A stretch of DNA of 64,000 bases from Eledone cirrhosa (lineage: Eukaryota). The number at the start of each line of letters is the position of its first letter. Position 1 is the stretch's first letter. Under the pieces are notes generated by a model that worked only from the letters and a program-made list of their open reading frames with translations, searched no databases and was not told the DNA's origin. Made by a program: the position numbers and the translations under genes. Shown here piece after piece: positions 25,357 through 39,174 of the stretch. The stretch lies in NCBI GenBank assembly GCA_964016885.1, contig OZ024747.1, positions 2,604,001 through 2,668,000 of the forward strand, in the 5' to 3' direction.

Positions 25357-27763
25357 CTACCTGAGATTGGGACTTTATACCAGTAAATTTAAACTACCTG
25401 AGGTAGGGACTTTATACCATTAGATTTAAACTACCTGAGGTAGGGACTTTATACCATTAAATTTAAACTACCCGAGGTAGGGACTTTATACCATTAGATT
25501 TAAACTACCTGAGATAGTGACTTTATACCATTAGATTTAAACTACCTGAGGTAGGGACTTTATATCATTAAATTTAAACTACCTGAGGTAGTGACTTTAT
25601 ATCATTAGATTTAAACTACCTGAGATAGGGACTTTATATCATTAGATTTAAACTACCTGAGATAGGGACTTTATACCATTAGATTTAAACTACCTGAGGT
25701 AGGGACTTTATACCATTAAATTTAAACTACCCGAGGTAGGGACTTTATACCATTAGATTTAAACTACCTGAGATAGGGACTTTATACCATTAGATTTAAA
25801 CTACCTGAGGTAGGGACTTTATATCATTAAATTTAAACTACCTGAGGTAGTGACTTTATATCATTAGATTTAAACTACCTGAGGTAGGGACTTTATATCA
25901 TTAGATTTAAACTACCTGAGATAGGGACTTTATACCATTAGATTTAAACTACCTGAGGTAGGGACTTTATATCATTAAATTTAAACTACCTGAGACAGGG
26001 ACTTTATATCATTAGATTTAAACTACCTGAGGTAGTGACTTTATATCATTAGATTTAAACTACCTGAGATAGGGACTTTATATCATTAGATTTAAACTAC
26101 CTGAGACAGGGACTTTATATCATTAGATTTAAACTACCTGAGACAGGGACTTTATATCATTAGATTTAAACTACCTGAGATAGGGACTTTATATCATTAG
26201 ATTTAAACTACCTGAGATAGGGACTTTATATCATTAGATTTAAACTACCTGAGACAGGGACTTTATATCATTAGATTTAAACTACCTGAGATAGGGACTT
26301 TATATCATTAGATTTAAACTACCTGAGGTAGTGACTTTATATCATTAGATTTAAACTACCTGAGGTAGGGACTTTATATCATTAGATTTAAACTACCTGA
26401 GACAGGGACTTTATATCATTAGATTTAAACTACCTGAGATAGGGACTTTATATCATTAGATTTAAACTACCTGAGGTAGTGACTTTATATCATTAGATTT
26501 AAACTACCTGAGGTAGGGACTTTATATCATTAGATTTAAACTACCTGAGACAGGGACTTTATATCATTAGATTTAAACTACCTGAGATAGGGACTTTATA
26601 TCATTAGATTTAAACTACCTGAGATAGGGACTTTATATCATTAGATTTAAACTACCTGAGGTAGGGACTTTATATCATTAGATTTAAACTACCTGAGATA
26701 GGGACTTTATATCATTAGATTTAAACTACCTGAGGTAGTGACTTTATATCATTAGATTTAAACTACCTGAGGTAGTGACTTTATATCATTAGATTTAAAC
26801 TACCTGAGACAGGGACTTTATATCATTAGATTTAAACTACCTGAGATAGGGACTTTATATCATTAGATTTAAACTACCTGAGGTAGTGACTTTATATCAT
26901 TAGATTTAAACTACCTGAGGTAGGGACTTTATATCATTAGATTTAAACTACCTGAGATAGGGACTTTATATCATTAGATTTAAACTACCTGAGGTAGTGA
27001 CTTTATATCATTAGATTTAAACTACCTGAGATAGGGACTTTATATCATTAGATTTAAACTACCTGAGATAGGGACTTTATATCATTAGATTTAAACTACC
27101 TGAGATAGGGACTTTATATCATTAGATTTAAACTACCTGAGATAGGGACTTTATACCATTAGATTTAAACTACCTGAGATAGGGACTTTATATCATTAGA
27201 TTTAAACTACCTGAGATAGGGACTTTATATCATTAGATTTAAACTACCTGAGGTAGTGACTTTATATCATTAGATTTAAACTACCTGAGATAGGGACTTT
27301 ATATCATTAGATTTAAACTACCTGAGATAGGGACTTTATATCATTAGATTTAAACTACCTGAGGTAGGGACTTTATATCATTAGATTTAAACTACCTGAG
27401 ATAGGGACTTTATATCATTAGATTTAAACTACCTGAGATAGGGACTTTATATCATTAGATTTAAACTACCTGAGGTAGGGACTTTATATCATTAGATTTA
27501 AACTACCTGAGGTAGGGACTTTATATCATTAGATTTAAACTACCTGAGATAGGGACTTTATATCATTAGATTTAAACTACCTGAGATAGGGACTTTGTAT
27601 CATTAGATTTAAACTACCTGAGGTAGGGACTTTATATCATTAGATTTAAACTACCTGAGGTAGGGACTTTATATCATTAGATTTAAACTACCTGAGGTAG
27701 GGACTTTATATCATTAGATTTAAACTACCTGAGATAGGGACTTTGTATCATTAGATTTAAACT
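25357..27763. repeat. 37-bp satellite, 65 units (CTACCTGAGRTAGGGACTTTATATCATTAGATTTAAA)
   Basis: First unit at 25357, last at 27725; the spacing equals 64 x 37. Confidence 0.98.
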
Positions 27764-27859
27764 CAGAGGGCAGTGATCCTGAACAAATACTGTGAGGAAT
27801 ATTCTCTTATGCTCTAATGACTTTGCAAATTTATTGCCTAAAATTTATAATGGTTGACT

Positions 27860-28110
27860 ATCATCATCATCATTATCATCATCATTTTTACGTCCATTTC
27901 TCTGCACTTGTTTGGGTAGGGTGAACCCTTTTCAGTGTAGCATCTTTCCACTCACTGCATTCCTTCATCATCACCTCTGGGAGTCTAGAGATTTGAGATC
28001 AGCTCTCACCACTGCCATCCAGATCTTCCTTGGTCTACAGCTTCCTTCCACTGGGATTTCCTGGCACTTCTTCACCCAGTGATCATCATCCATGTGCATC
28101 ACATGTCTGT
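27860..28110 (-). mobile_element. RTE-type LINE 3' end, degenerate
   Basis: (CAT)n-TTTTACGTCC tail; reverse complement resembles 31990-32220; similar pieces at ~42270-42410 and ~45340-45510. Confidence 0.6.
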
Positions 28111-28170
28111 ACCAATGCAGGGGAAGTCTGTACCAATGCAGGGGAAGTCTGTACCACTGCAGGGGAAGTC
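28108..28170. repeat. 21-bp tandem repeat, 3 copies
   Basis: TGTACCAATGCAGGGGAAGTC. Confidence 0.9.
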
Positions 28171-31100
28171 AACATGTCACTGAACTATTATTACTTCAAC
28201 TTTATTCTCTTCTCTGTTCTTCTTCCTTTAAAGGTCAAGGTAATGGCCAAACAAACAAAATTGGGATAGTCTATGCTACTTTAGGTGAAAGTAACTGATT
28301 AGTGATTAGTAAGGTCATAGGTTTGATCCCTGGGGAAGGTAGCATGTTGTTCCTTGAGCAAGGAACTTTATTTTAAATTGTTACACTCCATTCAGCTGAA
28401 AACATGTGTACCAGCACAAGCTATGACTTAACCTGATGAGAGACTGTCACTCTGTCCAAAAGAAAGACTTGTTCTCTAAGTCACTGGCCCAATGAAGTTC
28501 TCGGCTTGAAAAATTCTGTAACCATCTTTTAATGTTATATGTGCCTCACTAAAATTTATTGAAGCAGAACGATATTTAATATTGTAGTTTATATTTGAAA
28601 AAAATTAATTCACAAAACAATCTGAGGGGCTAGGATGATTTAATTAGTATTAACAATACTACAAGCTGCTGTTGCTGGTGTACCAGTAAGACAGTTGAGT
28701 AGTTTGCTCCAACAAATGTCAGGTCTGGTCATCCTTGTCACAGGAGAACACTTTCTTCTAGGACTAACAGATGGTCACCTAGTCATTTTAGCAATAACAA
28801 AAGTAGCTGCTGCACATCTGGACAAGGTCTAGCTGAGTTTATGGAAGAAATTACAATATAAACAAATTGAAATGAAAAAAACTTTATTTCATGAATGTAT
28901 TTTATATACAAACTACATTATTTGATAAGCAACATAACAGAGAATTTGGAGCTACTGTAGTTGAAGCTATTTTCATATGTATATGGTTGTCTTTATCCAA
29001 TACAAGTGTTTTAACACCATTTTCCCTAATAAAATTTGAATTGTTTTCCATGACAATCTCCTGTACTCATTCTGGTGCTGGCCTTTTTGGATTCCTCTTG
29101 TGACATGCAGGGATACATTATATTTATTCTAAGCCAAATACACATGGCAGATTGTTCCTATCAGACAAAGAAGATAATTGTATTTTAACAACATATTCTA
29201 GAGAGTTTCTTATGTGTCTTAGGTGTCAATGGTGGTGGTGGTGGAAGACAATGTATATATTTCAGTTGTTTCTTAGGTTGTAACACTCTGCAGCCATACA
29301 AACTGGGTTTGTTCTCTTTATGATTTTTCTTTTCATTTTTTTTTTCATATGAGCTTGATGCGTTCTTAATGTTCTTAATAACACCTTAACTACAATTACT
29401 TGTTCTCTTAAGTTGTGTTTATCTTACATCTTTTCTACATGCTTACATCTGCTGCTATCAACCAGTAAACTCATAATCATCTCTACTTTTTATACATCAA
29501 CAATGCACACCACATGTAAAAGTAGAAGTCATTATCGAATACATAACCATTTTCTTTCCTATTTTTTATGTTATCAACATCCATCTAACAAATTATGTTC
29601 AATTTCTTCTTTTCCCATTTATTGGAATGATTCCACTACCTTTATTTTACTGCTTACATACGGCCATTCTTCTAAAATGTCATCTACTCTTTAACTATGG
29701 ACAAACAAACACTTATTGCAAGTAAACGGAAGAAATGTTAAAATTGTCTTCACACCATAAAGAAATCTTGTGATAATGCCAAGGCTAGTACCACTTAACA
29801 CTGATTAGGCTGCAAATATATAGAAACATAATAGCAGTTCACTGTCTTAAATCTATGTTTTCTCCTACTATTAATTGTTTTAGTGCAATCAGTGCATGGG
29901 AAGTGGTGATTCTCTTCTAGTCAACTTGAAATCCAAATACTGTCCCTGATTGCAAGGTTTTTAGAATATTCAGTCTTCATCTGCTATTGTCTTCATATAT
30001 TTCTTGTCTTTAAACCACAAGATATTTAATATTTCATTGTGGATGTAAGTAAAGGTAACATAGTGACATCAGAATCTCTTTCACCTTTTCAAATGATTGA
30101 GACAGTAAATTGGATGATTAAATCATTTGATGTAATAAGGTTCTAACTTTGAATTATACTATGGTATAGTCCCATAACTCCTGATAGGAGTTATATGGGC
30201 ACCATAGCAGTGTTGGGTATTTTATGCTTAGTGGAGCCCATCCCTCACCAGGTTTGAACACAGTAGATTTCTTCCAAAGACGGATAGGAAGTGAGAAAGA
30301 GATAGAGAGGAAGAATTGTCTCCAGTACTAGACTGGTCCATTTTATATTGATCTCAGTAGGAGGAAAGGTAAAGTTCACTTATATCAGATCCAAAATAAG
30401 TTATTTAATTCCCTTCAGAGACAGGGAATTTTTTCTCACTTGGTAGATCTAGAGGAAAGGGTAGTGAACCTTTTTGTACATGCTTACATCAACTACCATC
30501 AACAACTACATTTGTAATCAGAAGAGCATCCATCCATAGAAAGCTGCCGAACAAAGTGTTGGGAGGTACCTTCAGTCATGTTAAGAACATGACAGCCTCC
30601 CTAGTGTTGGTGACCTCCATAATAAATGCATCCAGTACATGTTGTAAAGTGGTTGGTGATAGAAGGTCATCCAGCCATAGAAAGCTTGCCAAACAAAGCT
30701 AACCTTGACAGGATTTGAACGCATTTGATAAATAATAAGTATAATTTGTACTGGGACATATATGCAACTAAAACATTAAAAGCAATGCCACAGTATGGCC
30801 ATATTCTAATAACTGAAATCAGTAAAAGAATAAAACCACATTGTTATATTTTATGATTATGATATCTACTTCCAAAATGGAACTTTACTCTCTGTTTATC
30901 TAAGCACCATCAATCTATTCAACCATCCATATAGCCATGGTCTGACAATTGTCCCTATGGCAATTCTTAGTAACAAATTCCTGTGGTCTATATTACATTA
31001 TATAGTGTTTCTATACTTTTGTAACTGATCTATGTTTTCTTTAAACTCCTCCTTCATAATCAGATCTCAATTATACTTTGATTGAAGACAGCATCATTTT

Positions 31101-31939
31101 AAAAACTCTCTATAGTGACAAGACCTCTCCTACACATCCACATAAATATTGGAATACTCTGCCTGTTGATATCTGTATTTCCTGATTGATGTATTCAAAC
31201 AACAAATATGTCTGATTTATTTATCTATTTATACTGATTTGTCTCTTTCTTTAATATATTATGTCGTCACAGCATGACTGTCCAGGAATTTTGACTTCAC
31301 TAAACGTCCAGACATTTTCACTTCATCATTTTATTATTCATTCATACATCTATTCAGTCTTTGCTTGATTTTTACCAAGGTAAAATCAGATATTTAGTTT
31401 CCTGTCTTAATTCCAAATATAATATATTGGTATCTAATATAAACTTGCTTTTATCAGAATTTTATATTTGCTTGATATTGTGTTACTCTGAGACTATTGA
31501 TAGAGAGGTGGAGAAAGTTAATCTCAAAATAGAGACCTAGCTAGACCCCATTAAAGGCATACAAGAAGGACCAGATTTAATGGGAGGCAAAGGGCCTCCT
31601 GCAGTGTGCAGTGAGGGGTGTTGCCAGTGAAGGCCGTAGCAATTTATTTGTGCCCTCAGCTGGGCTTTTTAGTTTTAGGATGGTTAGAACTTTTTAATTT
31701 ATTACTTGTATAACGTTTCAGTTCCAATTACTTGTTCCAAGCTAACTTTTGAGAGCCCCCCAAAGCTGAAGTATCTAACCCTGCATACAAGAGCCAGGTA
31801 ATGGTGTTAAACAAGGAGACAGTAAACAATGCAGTGAAACATGTTGCCTTCTGCTCTAACATGACTGATAATTTGTTGCTGAGCAAATATAGTTGAACCT
31901 GGATGAATTGAGGGAGAAACTGGATTTAAGATGAATCTG

Positions 31940-32220
31940 ATGTGGTGTGCAAGAGAGAAGACTACACTGGTGTGAGCAAGTAGAGTGCATGGATGGTGAT
32001 TACGGGGGGAAGAAGTACCAAGAAATCCTAGTGGTAGGAAGCCATAGTAGAGGTAAATCAAGAAAGACTTGGGTAGAGGTGGTGAGAGCTGATCTAAAAT
32101 TGCTGAGACTCACAGCTGAGATGACAAAGGATTGTGATGAGTGGAGAAATGCTGTGTTGCAAAGGGCCCATCTAACACATGTGAATGTAGAAAAAGAAAT
32201 GTAAAAGCGATGATGATGAC
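31940..32220 (+). mobile_element. RTE-type LINE 3' fragment
   Basis: RRLHWCEQV..RGKSRKTWVEVVRADLK..DCDEWR, followed by a (GAT)n tail. Confidence 0.75.
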
Positions 32221-32557
32221 AGTTTAAATTTATTTAGTAATACAAGTCTTATCACAAGACATGTATTAATGTTCATACATTGTCTAAAGAAGTAGAAATA
32301 TTTGTCAACTGTGCTGATTTATTCAGCACTGTTGGCTGGAATAATGTGATAAAATCGTTTGTTCATATTGGAAGATATCTTTGAAAAACTATATACATTC
32401 TTTTGTTGTTTTCGTGTTTAACATTAACAACAAATAGATTTCAGTCATGACATAAAAAAGATTTTGTAGTGTATGCATAAAAATGTGATTTTTTGTTTTA
32501 TTACAGTAAATAGAAACGCTTCATTAATTAGGCTAATGTGATCAGTTGGCTGAGTTG

Positions 32558-32681
32558 TGTGTATTTAAGTGTGGTATAGTGTATATTTAAGTATGGTATA
32601 GTGTGTATTTAAGTGTGGTATAGTGTATATTTAAGTGTGGTATAGTGTATATTTAAGTGTGGTATAGTGTGTATTTAAGTG
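32558..32681. repeat. 22-bp tandem repeat, ~5.5 copies
   Basis: GTRTATTTAAGTGTGGTATAGT. Confidence 0.9.
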
Positions 32682-33302
32682 TTGCTATTGCTGATGTTTA
32701 GCTCCTCATCAGCCCTGATTCAGCAGATCTATAATCAAAGCAACAACCATGACCATACTGCATTTTTCTTATATACAGGGAATATATGACCATAGTATTC
32801 AATATGTCTATTTCTATGAGGGTGGAGTGTGAGCTGGCTTGTTGATCAGTTCAGTGTGGCATTTGAATTTAAGTGTTTTCCCCATGGAAATATTAATCAA
32901 GCGGACCTACAATCAAGAACATTCCAGCCATGACCATTCTGTTTATCTAGATATAACACACCTAAGACCACAGAACATTCTGGGATTTTGGCTGCTATTT
33001 CTAGCAGAACAAACATCCTGTCAGTTCTAGTAAGATTTGTCATTCTGGTGATTTATTTATCATTTAAGACAATATCTAATGTAAGATAGGATCTAGCGCT
33101 CATAAAAAAATTAAAACCTTTTAATAGATATATTGCTGTCTTTAAAGTTTTGAATTGTTCAGTCATTACATAAAATAATAAAATAAAACACATTAATAAA
33201 TACTTTTTGAAAATAAGTATGTATTCTATTTTATAAGCTATTTTATAGCCTCTCTGCACATGAGCACACCATTCTATATATTCTATTATTTCAGTAAATA
33301 GG

Positions 33303-33572
33303 AATAATAATGATGATAACAATGAAAATGATTGTGTACAGTGCTCAGGTGCACTACAACTCATGAAAGGTGCATGTATAGTACATAGAATAATGTACAA
33401 ATGTCAGGAAAGTGAACAGAACACACAGATACACATGTGCATGTGTATGGAGACAGAATATCAGGTGTAGTGCTGGCGAATTTTGGGAAGCATGGAAGTT
33501 TTGAAGTATACAGTATCCTGACAGCTAATGACTGATTCAGGTAGTTTGTTCCATGCTTCTACAACTCTCACC
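33303..33572 (-). mobile_element. CR1-type LINE 3' end
   Basis: Homologous to 61530-61760 (GTGCTCAGGTGCACTACAACTC, CAGGTAGTTTGTTCCATGCTTC). Confidence 0.8.
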
Positions 33573-34708
33573 ATTTCATCCTAGTTTTGGTAAATTATAC
33601 TTTGCCAAGATCTAATAAAATTAAAACTTGCATGTGTTGTCACTATACTGTTCACAAAACTGGATTGGCTTTCCCATAGCATTATTTTTGATTAATTTAA
33701 ATTAAAGTTATAGGGTTGTCTTCCCTTCTTTCCTTGACCAGAATTAGTCATTAAGATAATGTTTTTTCTTTCTCATCTCTATGGCTGTATAGTGCAGATA
33801 TGGTTGTGTTGTCAAGTTGTTTGTTTCACAACCATGTCATCTTTGGTTTTATCCCACTGTGGCATCTTGGTCAAGTGACATCTACTATAACCTCAGGCAA
33901 ATATGCAGGCCAATGGTTTATGAGTGTATTTGGTAGATGGAAAGTGTAAGGAAGCCCATCATATATATATTTCTCCTATATAACTGACAATACACACATG
34001 ATTTTTATTTAAAAAAAATGTTTCCCATTCTTTCCTCTTCTCACTCTCTATCTTCTGATGAAGAACTAGAGTGTTATTTGATTTGTTATTTTCATTTTTT
34101 TTTTCTTTCCCTGTTGGCATGGGTTGGACCACTTGTTACAACTAGATAGATCAGATAGAGGTGACCGCACCTTGCTTACACCTTCCATATTTGGCATGGT
34201 TTCTATGGCTACTGAAAAATACAGATATAAAACATGATGATGATCATGATTATGATAAATATGTCTTGCCCACTTTACTGATAGTTTTTTGTGCTGCAGG
34301 TGTCCCTGAGTATTCTGACCACCACAGCCACTCTCACAACCACTACCACCACCATCAGTTATTCTAATAGACTTGTATATGAATGGTTGGATGAGTAATG
34401 TGAATTTAAGGAATAGCTAAATCTAAAGTAAGATAAGATGGTGGCTGGAAATAAGAGGATTTATGTGTTGTCTGGCAGAAATGTTCTGGATATGTGATTA
34501 GAAGATATAAATGCAACATGGTAAGCAGCATGAGGTGGTTTTGTTGATAGTGAAGTTGTGGAGATATAAGTCAGCAGAAATATTAAGGTATTTTGAAGGA
34601 AGAAATTCGAAGTAACAAGAATGTAAAAAAATAGTGTTTTTAGGTCTGTCGAAATACTGACGAGATGGAAGAAGAGACTGGTGCAAAGATCTGTATAGCA
34701 GGTATATA

Positions 34709-35656
34709 TCATCATCATCATCATCATCGTTTAACGTCCGTGTTCCACGCTTGCATGGGTTTGGACGGGGGTTTTCCCACTTGAGGCAAGAGTGATTGTC
34801 TTGCTCGCATAGGACTATCTGGCAGGTTTTCTACAGTTGGATGCCCTTCCTAACACCAACCACATTTACAGTGTGGGTCTGGGAGGTTTTTACCGTGTTG
34901 CCTACACGGCCACATTACAGCGTGGACTGTGTGTTTTTTTGTCGTGACACCTACACGATCTCATTTGTTTCGGCCTGGATGGTGTGGCACCAACATAACT
35001 TTGCATAGAAGGGGGCGGTGTGGATGGGGTGGGGTGGTGGGACGGGGGTGTATTTTGTTAGAGATGCCTACTGACTGTAGTAGGTTTTACTTTGTATTTA
35101 GGTAAGGCGGGTCTTCTCTATTACTGAGTACCGCCAAAGGTCTCGGTCCAGTGACATTGTCTTGGTGAGGTGTAAGTGTGTGAGGTCGGAGTTTATCAGC
35201 TCGTCCCAGGCTTTTCTGGGTCTGCCTATTCCGTGGCTACCGTCTATCTTTATTGCCCTGCACTTTGTTATACAGCTATCGTCCTTCATGCACATCACAT
35301 GACCATACCAACGTAGCCTTCTCTCTAGTAAACAACATCTGATCCCTCTTATTTCTAATTTTTTCCTTAGTTCGTTTATGCTTTGTCGTTCACGTATATT
35401 ACTATTACACATCCAGCGGAGCATGCAAGCTTCGTTTCTCTCTAGTCTGCGTATATCCTCTGCACACAATGCCCAGGTCTCACTGCCATGCAACATTGCT
35501 GTTCGTATGCAGGCATCGTACAACCTGCCTTTCATTTTTAGGGAGAACCCTTTAGCGGCTAATAGTGGTATAAGCTCTCTGAACTTTTTCCACCCAGTTC
35601 TGACTCTAGCTACTGTACTTTCAGAGCACCCTCCCCCACTGCTGATTTTGTCACCC

Positions 35657-35660
<4 letters not shown>
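34709..35660 (-). mobile_element. RTE-clade LINE, 5'-truncated, with open C-terminal ORF, 3' UTR and (GAT)n tail
   Basis: YLGD..ARVRTGWKKFREL..KGRLYDAC..MLHGSETW..RRLRWYGHV..GRPRKAW..DRDLWR, uninterrupted to the stop at 35098. Confidence 0.92.
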
Positions 35661-35699
<39 letters not shown>

Positions 35700-35713
35700 T
35701 ATACATATATATG

Positions 35714-35752
<39 letters not shown>

Positions 35753-35853
35753 TTCGGCTCTGTTTAATTACATTGAGCTATATCTTATACTGTCATTTCT
35801 ATAATATGAAGAGGGGTTTAACTCCAACACACTCTAGTATTTTAATTCTTATG

Positions 35854-35885
<32 letters not shown>

Positions 35886-35891
35886 TATATA

Positions 35892-36087
35892 TAACAAAGG
35901 AAGTGTGGTAAGGAACCAGATGGACCATAACGCACCAGAGTACTCAATACTTACGGTAGTAGAGTGGGAAATAGGAAAAAGTATGACCCTGACGGCAGAG
36001 CTCAAGCCGTTTTGACGGCTATTTCTGGTCCAGAAATAGCCGTCGAAACAGCTTGATCTCTGCCGTCGGGGTCATACATTTTCCTAT
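35892..36087. mobile_element. Family P element with 58-bp palindromic arms
   Basis: Arms 35971-36028 and 36030-36087 with few mismatches; flanked by (TA)n. Confidence 0.75.
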
Positions 36088-36536
36088 ATATATATATCAT
36101 CATCATCATCATCATCATCTATATCTATCTATCTATATATCTATCTATCTATCTATATATATATATATATATATATATACATAGAAATATATATATCACC
36201 CATACACTGTATCTCAGTTTTAATCTACCTCTTGCTTTCTCTCTCATACATACTACATTATATGTTTATCCCCCCCCCCCCCCCTCACTCTCTCTATCTA
36301 TCACACACACACACACAGATACACACACACAGATACACACAAACATACACACAACACAATATAGAGCAAAGCATTGTCTGTCAAATGTCTGCTTACACAG
36401 ACATGCACGGATAAGAGAGAGAGGAAGAGGAAAAGATGCCAAAAGAGAGAGAGAGAGAGAGAGAGGGTGAGAGAGAAGGGTGAGAGAGAGAGGGTGAGAG
36501 AGAGGAATAGAAAAAAGTGTAATTATACTGCACTTT

Positions 36537-37606
36537 TCTGTGTGTGTGTGTATGTGTGTCTGTATGTGTATGTCTGTGTATGTATGTGTGTGTCTGTGTG
36601 TCTGTGTCTGTGTATGTATGTGTCTGTCTGTGTGTCTGTGTCTGTGTGTGTGTGTCTGTGTATGTATGTGTCTGTCTGTGTGTCTGTGTCTGTGTGTGTG
36701 TGTCTGTGTATGTATGTGTCTGTATGTGTGTCTGTGTCTGTGTATGTCTGTGTCTGTATGTGTCTGTGTATGTGTGTGTGTGTCTGTGTATGTGTGTGTG
36801 TGTCTGTGTATGTCTGTGTCTGTATGTGTGTGTATGTGTATGTGTGTCTGTGTCTGTGTATGTATGTGTCTGTATGTGTGTCTGTGTCTGTGTATGTCTG
36901 TGTCTGTATGTGTCTGTATGTGTATGTGTGTGTGTGTGTCTGTGTATGTCTGTGTCTGTATGTGTGTGTATGTGTATGTGTGTGTGTGTCTGTGTATGTC
37001 TGTGTCTGTATGTGTCTGTATGTGTATGTGTGTGTGTTTGTGTATGTCTGTGTCTGTATGTGTGTGTATGTGTATGTGTGTGTGTGTCTGTGTATGTCTG
37101 TGTCTGTGTATGTATATGTCTGTATGTGTGTGTATGTATGTGTGTGATTGTGTATGTGTGTCTGTGTCTGTGTGTGTCTGTATGTGTATGTGTGTGTCTG
37201 TGTATGTCTGTGTCTGTGTATGTCTGTATCTATATGTGTGTCTGTGTCTGTATGTATGTGTGTGTATGTATGTGTGTGTCTGTGTATGTCTGTGTCTGTG
37301 TGTGTATGTGTGTCTGTATGTGTGTCTGTGTCTGTGTATGTCTGTATGTGTATGTGTGTGTGTGTCTGTGTATGTCTGTGTCTGTGTATGTCTGTGTCTG
37401 TATGTGTGTCTGTGTCTGTGTATGTCTGTGTCTGTATGTGTATGTGTGTGTATGTATGTGTGTGTGTGTATGTCTGTGTATGTCTGTGTGTGTGTGTGTC
37501 TGTGTGTGTGTGTGTATGTATGTGTGTGTCTGTGTATGTCTGTGTCTGTATGTGTCTGTATGTGTGTCTGTGTATGTGTGTGTATGTGTGTCTGTGTGTG
37601 TGTGTC
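36537..37606. repeat. ~1.07-kb compound (TG/TGTC/TGTA) microsatellite
   Basis: Direct reading. Confidence 0.95.
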
Positions 37607-38494
37607 CATCTAATTATACATCCATTCACATGTCCAACTAATGTTAACTGAATGTAAACCAGCTCAGTGTTTGTATTTACGTAGAAGTAAGCCTGTGTAA
37701 ACAACAAGAGCTGCAATAGCTTCAGCAGCAAACACTGTTAGAAAGAACAATAAATCATGATATTTACGTCTATTACTGGAGTTATTATATAGGAAAGAAA
37801 TATATGAACAACACCAATTTACACTGTGAACTTGCTAATTAGCCATCCCATCTCATTAGTATGCAATAAGTTAATAGCAACTATCCAAAAGGACTGTTAA
37901 GTTGGAATACTGTCAAATATGTCGATTTCAATTCCAAAAGGATCGTCTCATGCTTGATTTGTTTTGTAAAGCCTTGTTTTTGCTGGCACAAAAGCAAAAC
38001 AGAGCAGTTAGTATGTATACCCTGCTTTGGCATAGCAGCCACACATATTTCATCTGCTATCCAATCACTGGCTCCTGTTAAGGATCGGATAGAAAATAAA
38101 TTCCAGGCATGAAAACAAAACCTAGAATCAAGAAACCTTATTGAAACTGAAGTTTTAGTAACTTGGAAAAAATAACAGTTCCCTGCTACTATCATAGAAA
38201 TGGCTATGCTTGATATGCATAAAAGGAATTGGTAGAAATTCCATTGTGTGTACTCAATATAAATTATGGACACACAAATGGTGTAATGGGATTATAGGCA
38301 AGCTACTTCTTCTTTGCCCACTTATTCATGGAAGGTTCATTAGGGTCAAAGTCAACAAGTATGATATCCAGCAGGTCCTGTCAGAAGCAACCATCTCAGC
38401 TGGAGGATGTAGGTTAATCTTGTGATGGACTGGTTGTTTATCCATGGTGAATTTTGTTCTCTCAGTCACTTGGTCCCACTTGAAACTGGTTTAA

Positions 38495-39174
38495 CCCTTT
38501 AGCATTTACATATGACAATGTCACTGGACCGAGATCTTTGGCGCTACACAGTCATACAGAAGATCCGCCTTGCCTAAGTACAAAGCGAAACCTACAGTCA
38601 GTAGGCACCTCTAACAAAATACCCCCCCCCCCCGTCCCACTACCCCCACCCCATGCACACCACCCCCTTAAATGTAAAGTTATGTTGGTACCACAACATC
38701 CAGTCCGAAACAAATGAGGTCGTGTAGGTGTCACGACAAAAAAAAACACACAGTCCACGCTGTAATGTGGCCATGTAGGTAACACGGTAAAAACCTCCCA
38801 GTCCACACTGTAAACGTGGTTGGTGTTAGGAAGGGCATCCAGCCGTAGAAAACCCGCCAGACAGTCCTATACGAGCAGGACAACAAATCTTGCCTCAAGT
38901 GGGAAACCTCCCGTCCAAACCCATGCAAGCGTGGAAGATGGACGTTAAACAATGATGATGATGATGATGATTACTCTATATATACTACAGTATTTTTGTG
39001 GTAAAGACTTTATCTTACATAATATTTCACACATTAACGAATCTATGAGATTTTGATATTATTTATTTTGAGAACAATACCTCAACATCAGTATGAGCGG
39101 CCGGATACAGCCGGTTTGAGCAGTAAGAGGTGAGAGAATTCTGGCCGGATATGGCCGGTTTAAATGCTAAAGAG
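38495..39174. mobile_element. piggyBac-type (TTAA) MITE interrupted by an RTE 3' fragment
   Basis: TTAA|CCCTTTAGCATTTA ... TAAATGCTAAAGAG|TTAA. Confidence 0.8.
38512..38970 (+). mobile_element. RTE LINE 3' end, same family as 34709-35660
   Basis: Reverse-complement match to 34709-35162; MTMSLDRDLWRY.., (GAT)n tail. Confidence 0.9.

Noticed and set aside
25357-27763. CRISPR-like array (37-bp repeats with a palindrome)
   Set aside because: Units are head-to-tail with no unique spacers, there are no cas genes, and the context is eukaryotic.
36266-37731. 350-450 aa His/Thr or Cys/Val ORFs
   Set aside because: Compound TG microsatellite artefacts.
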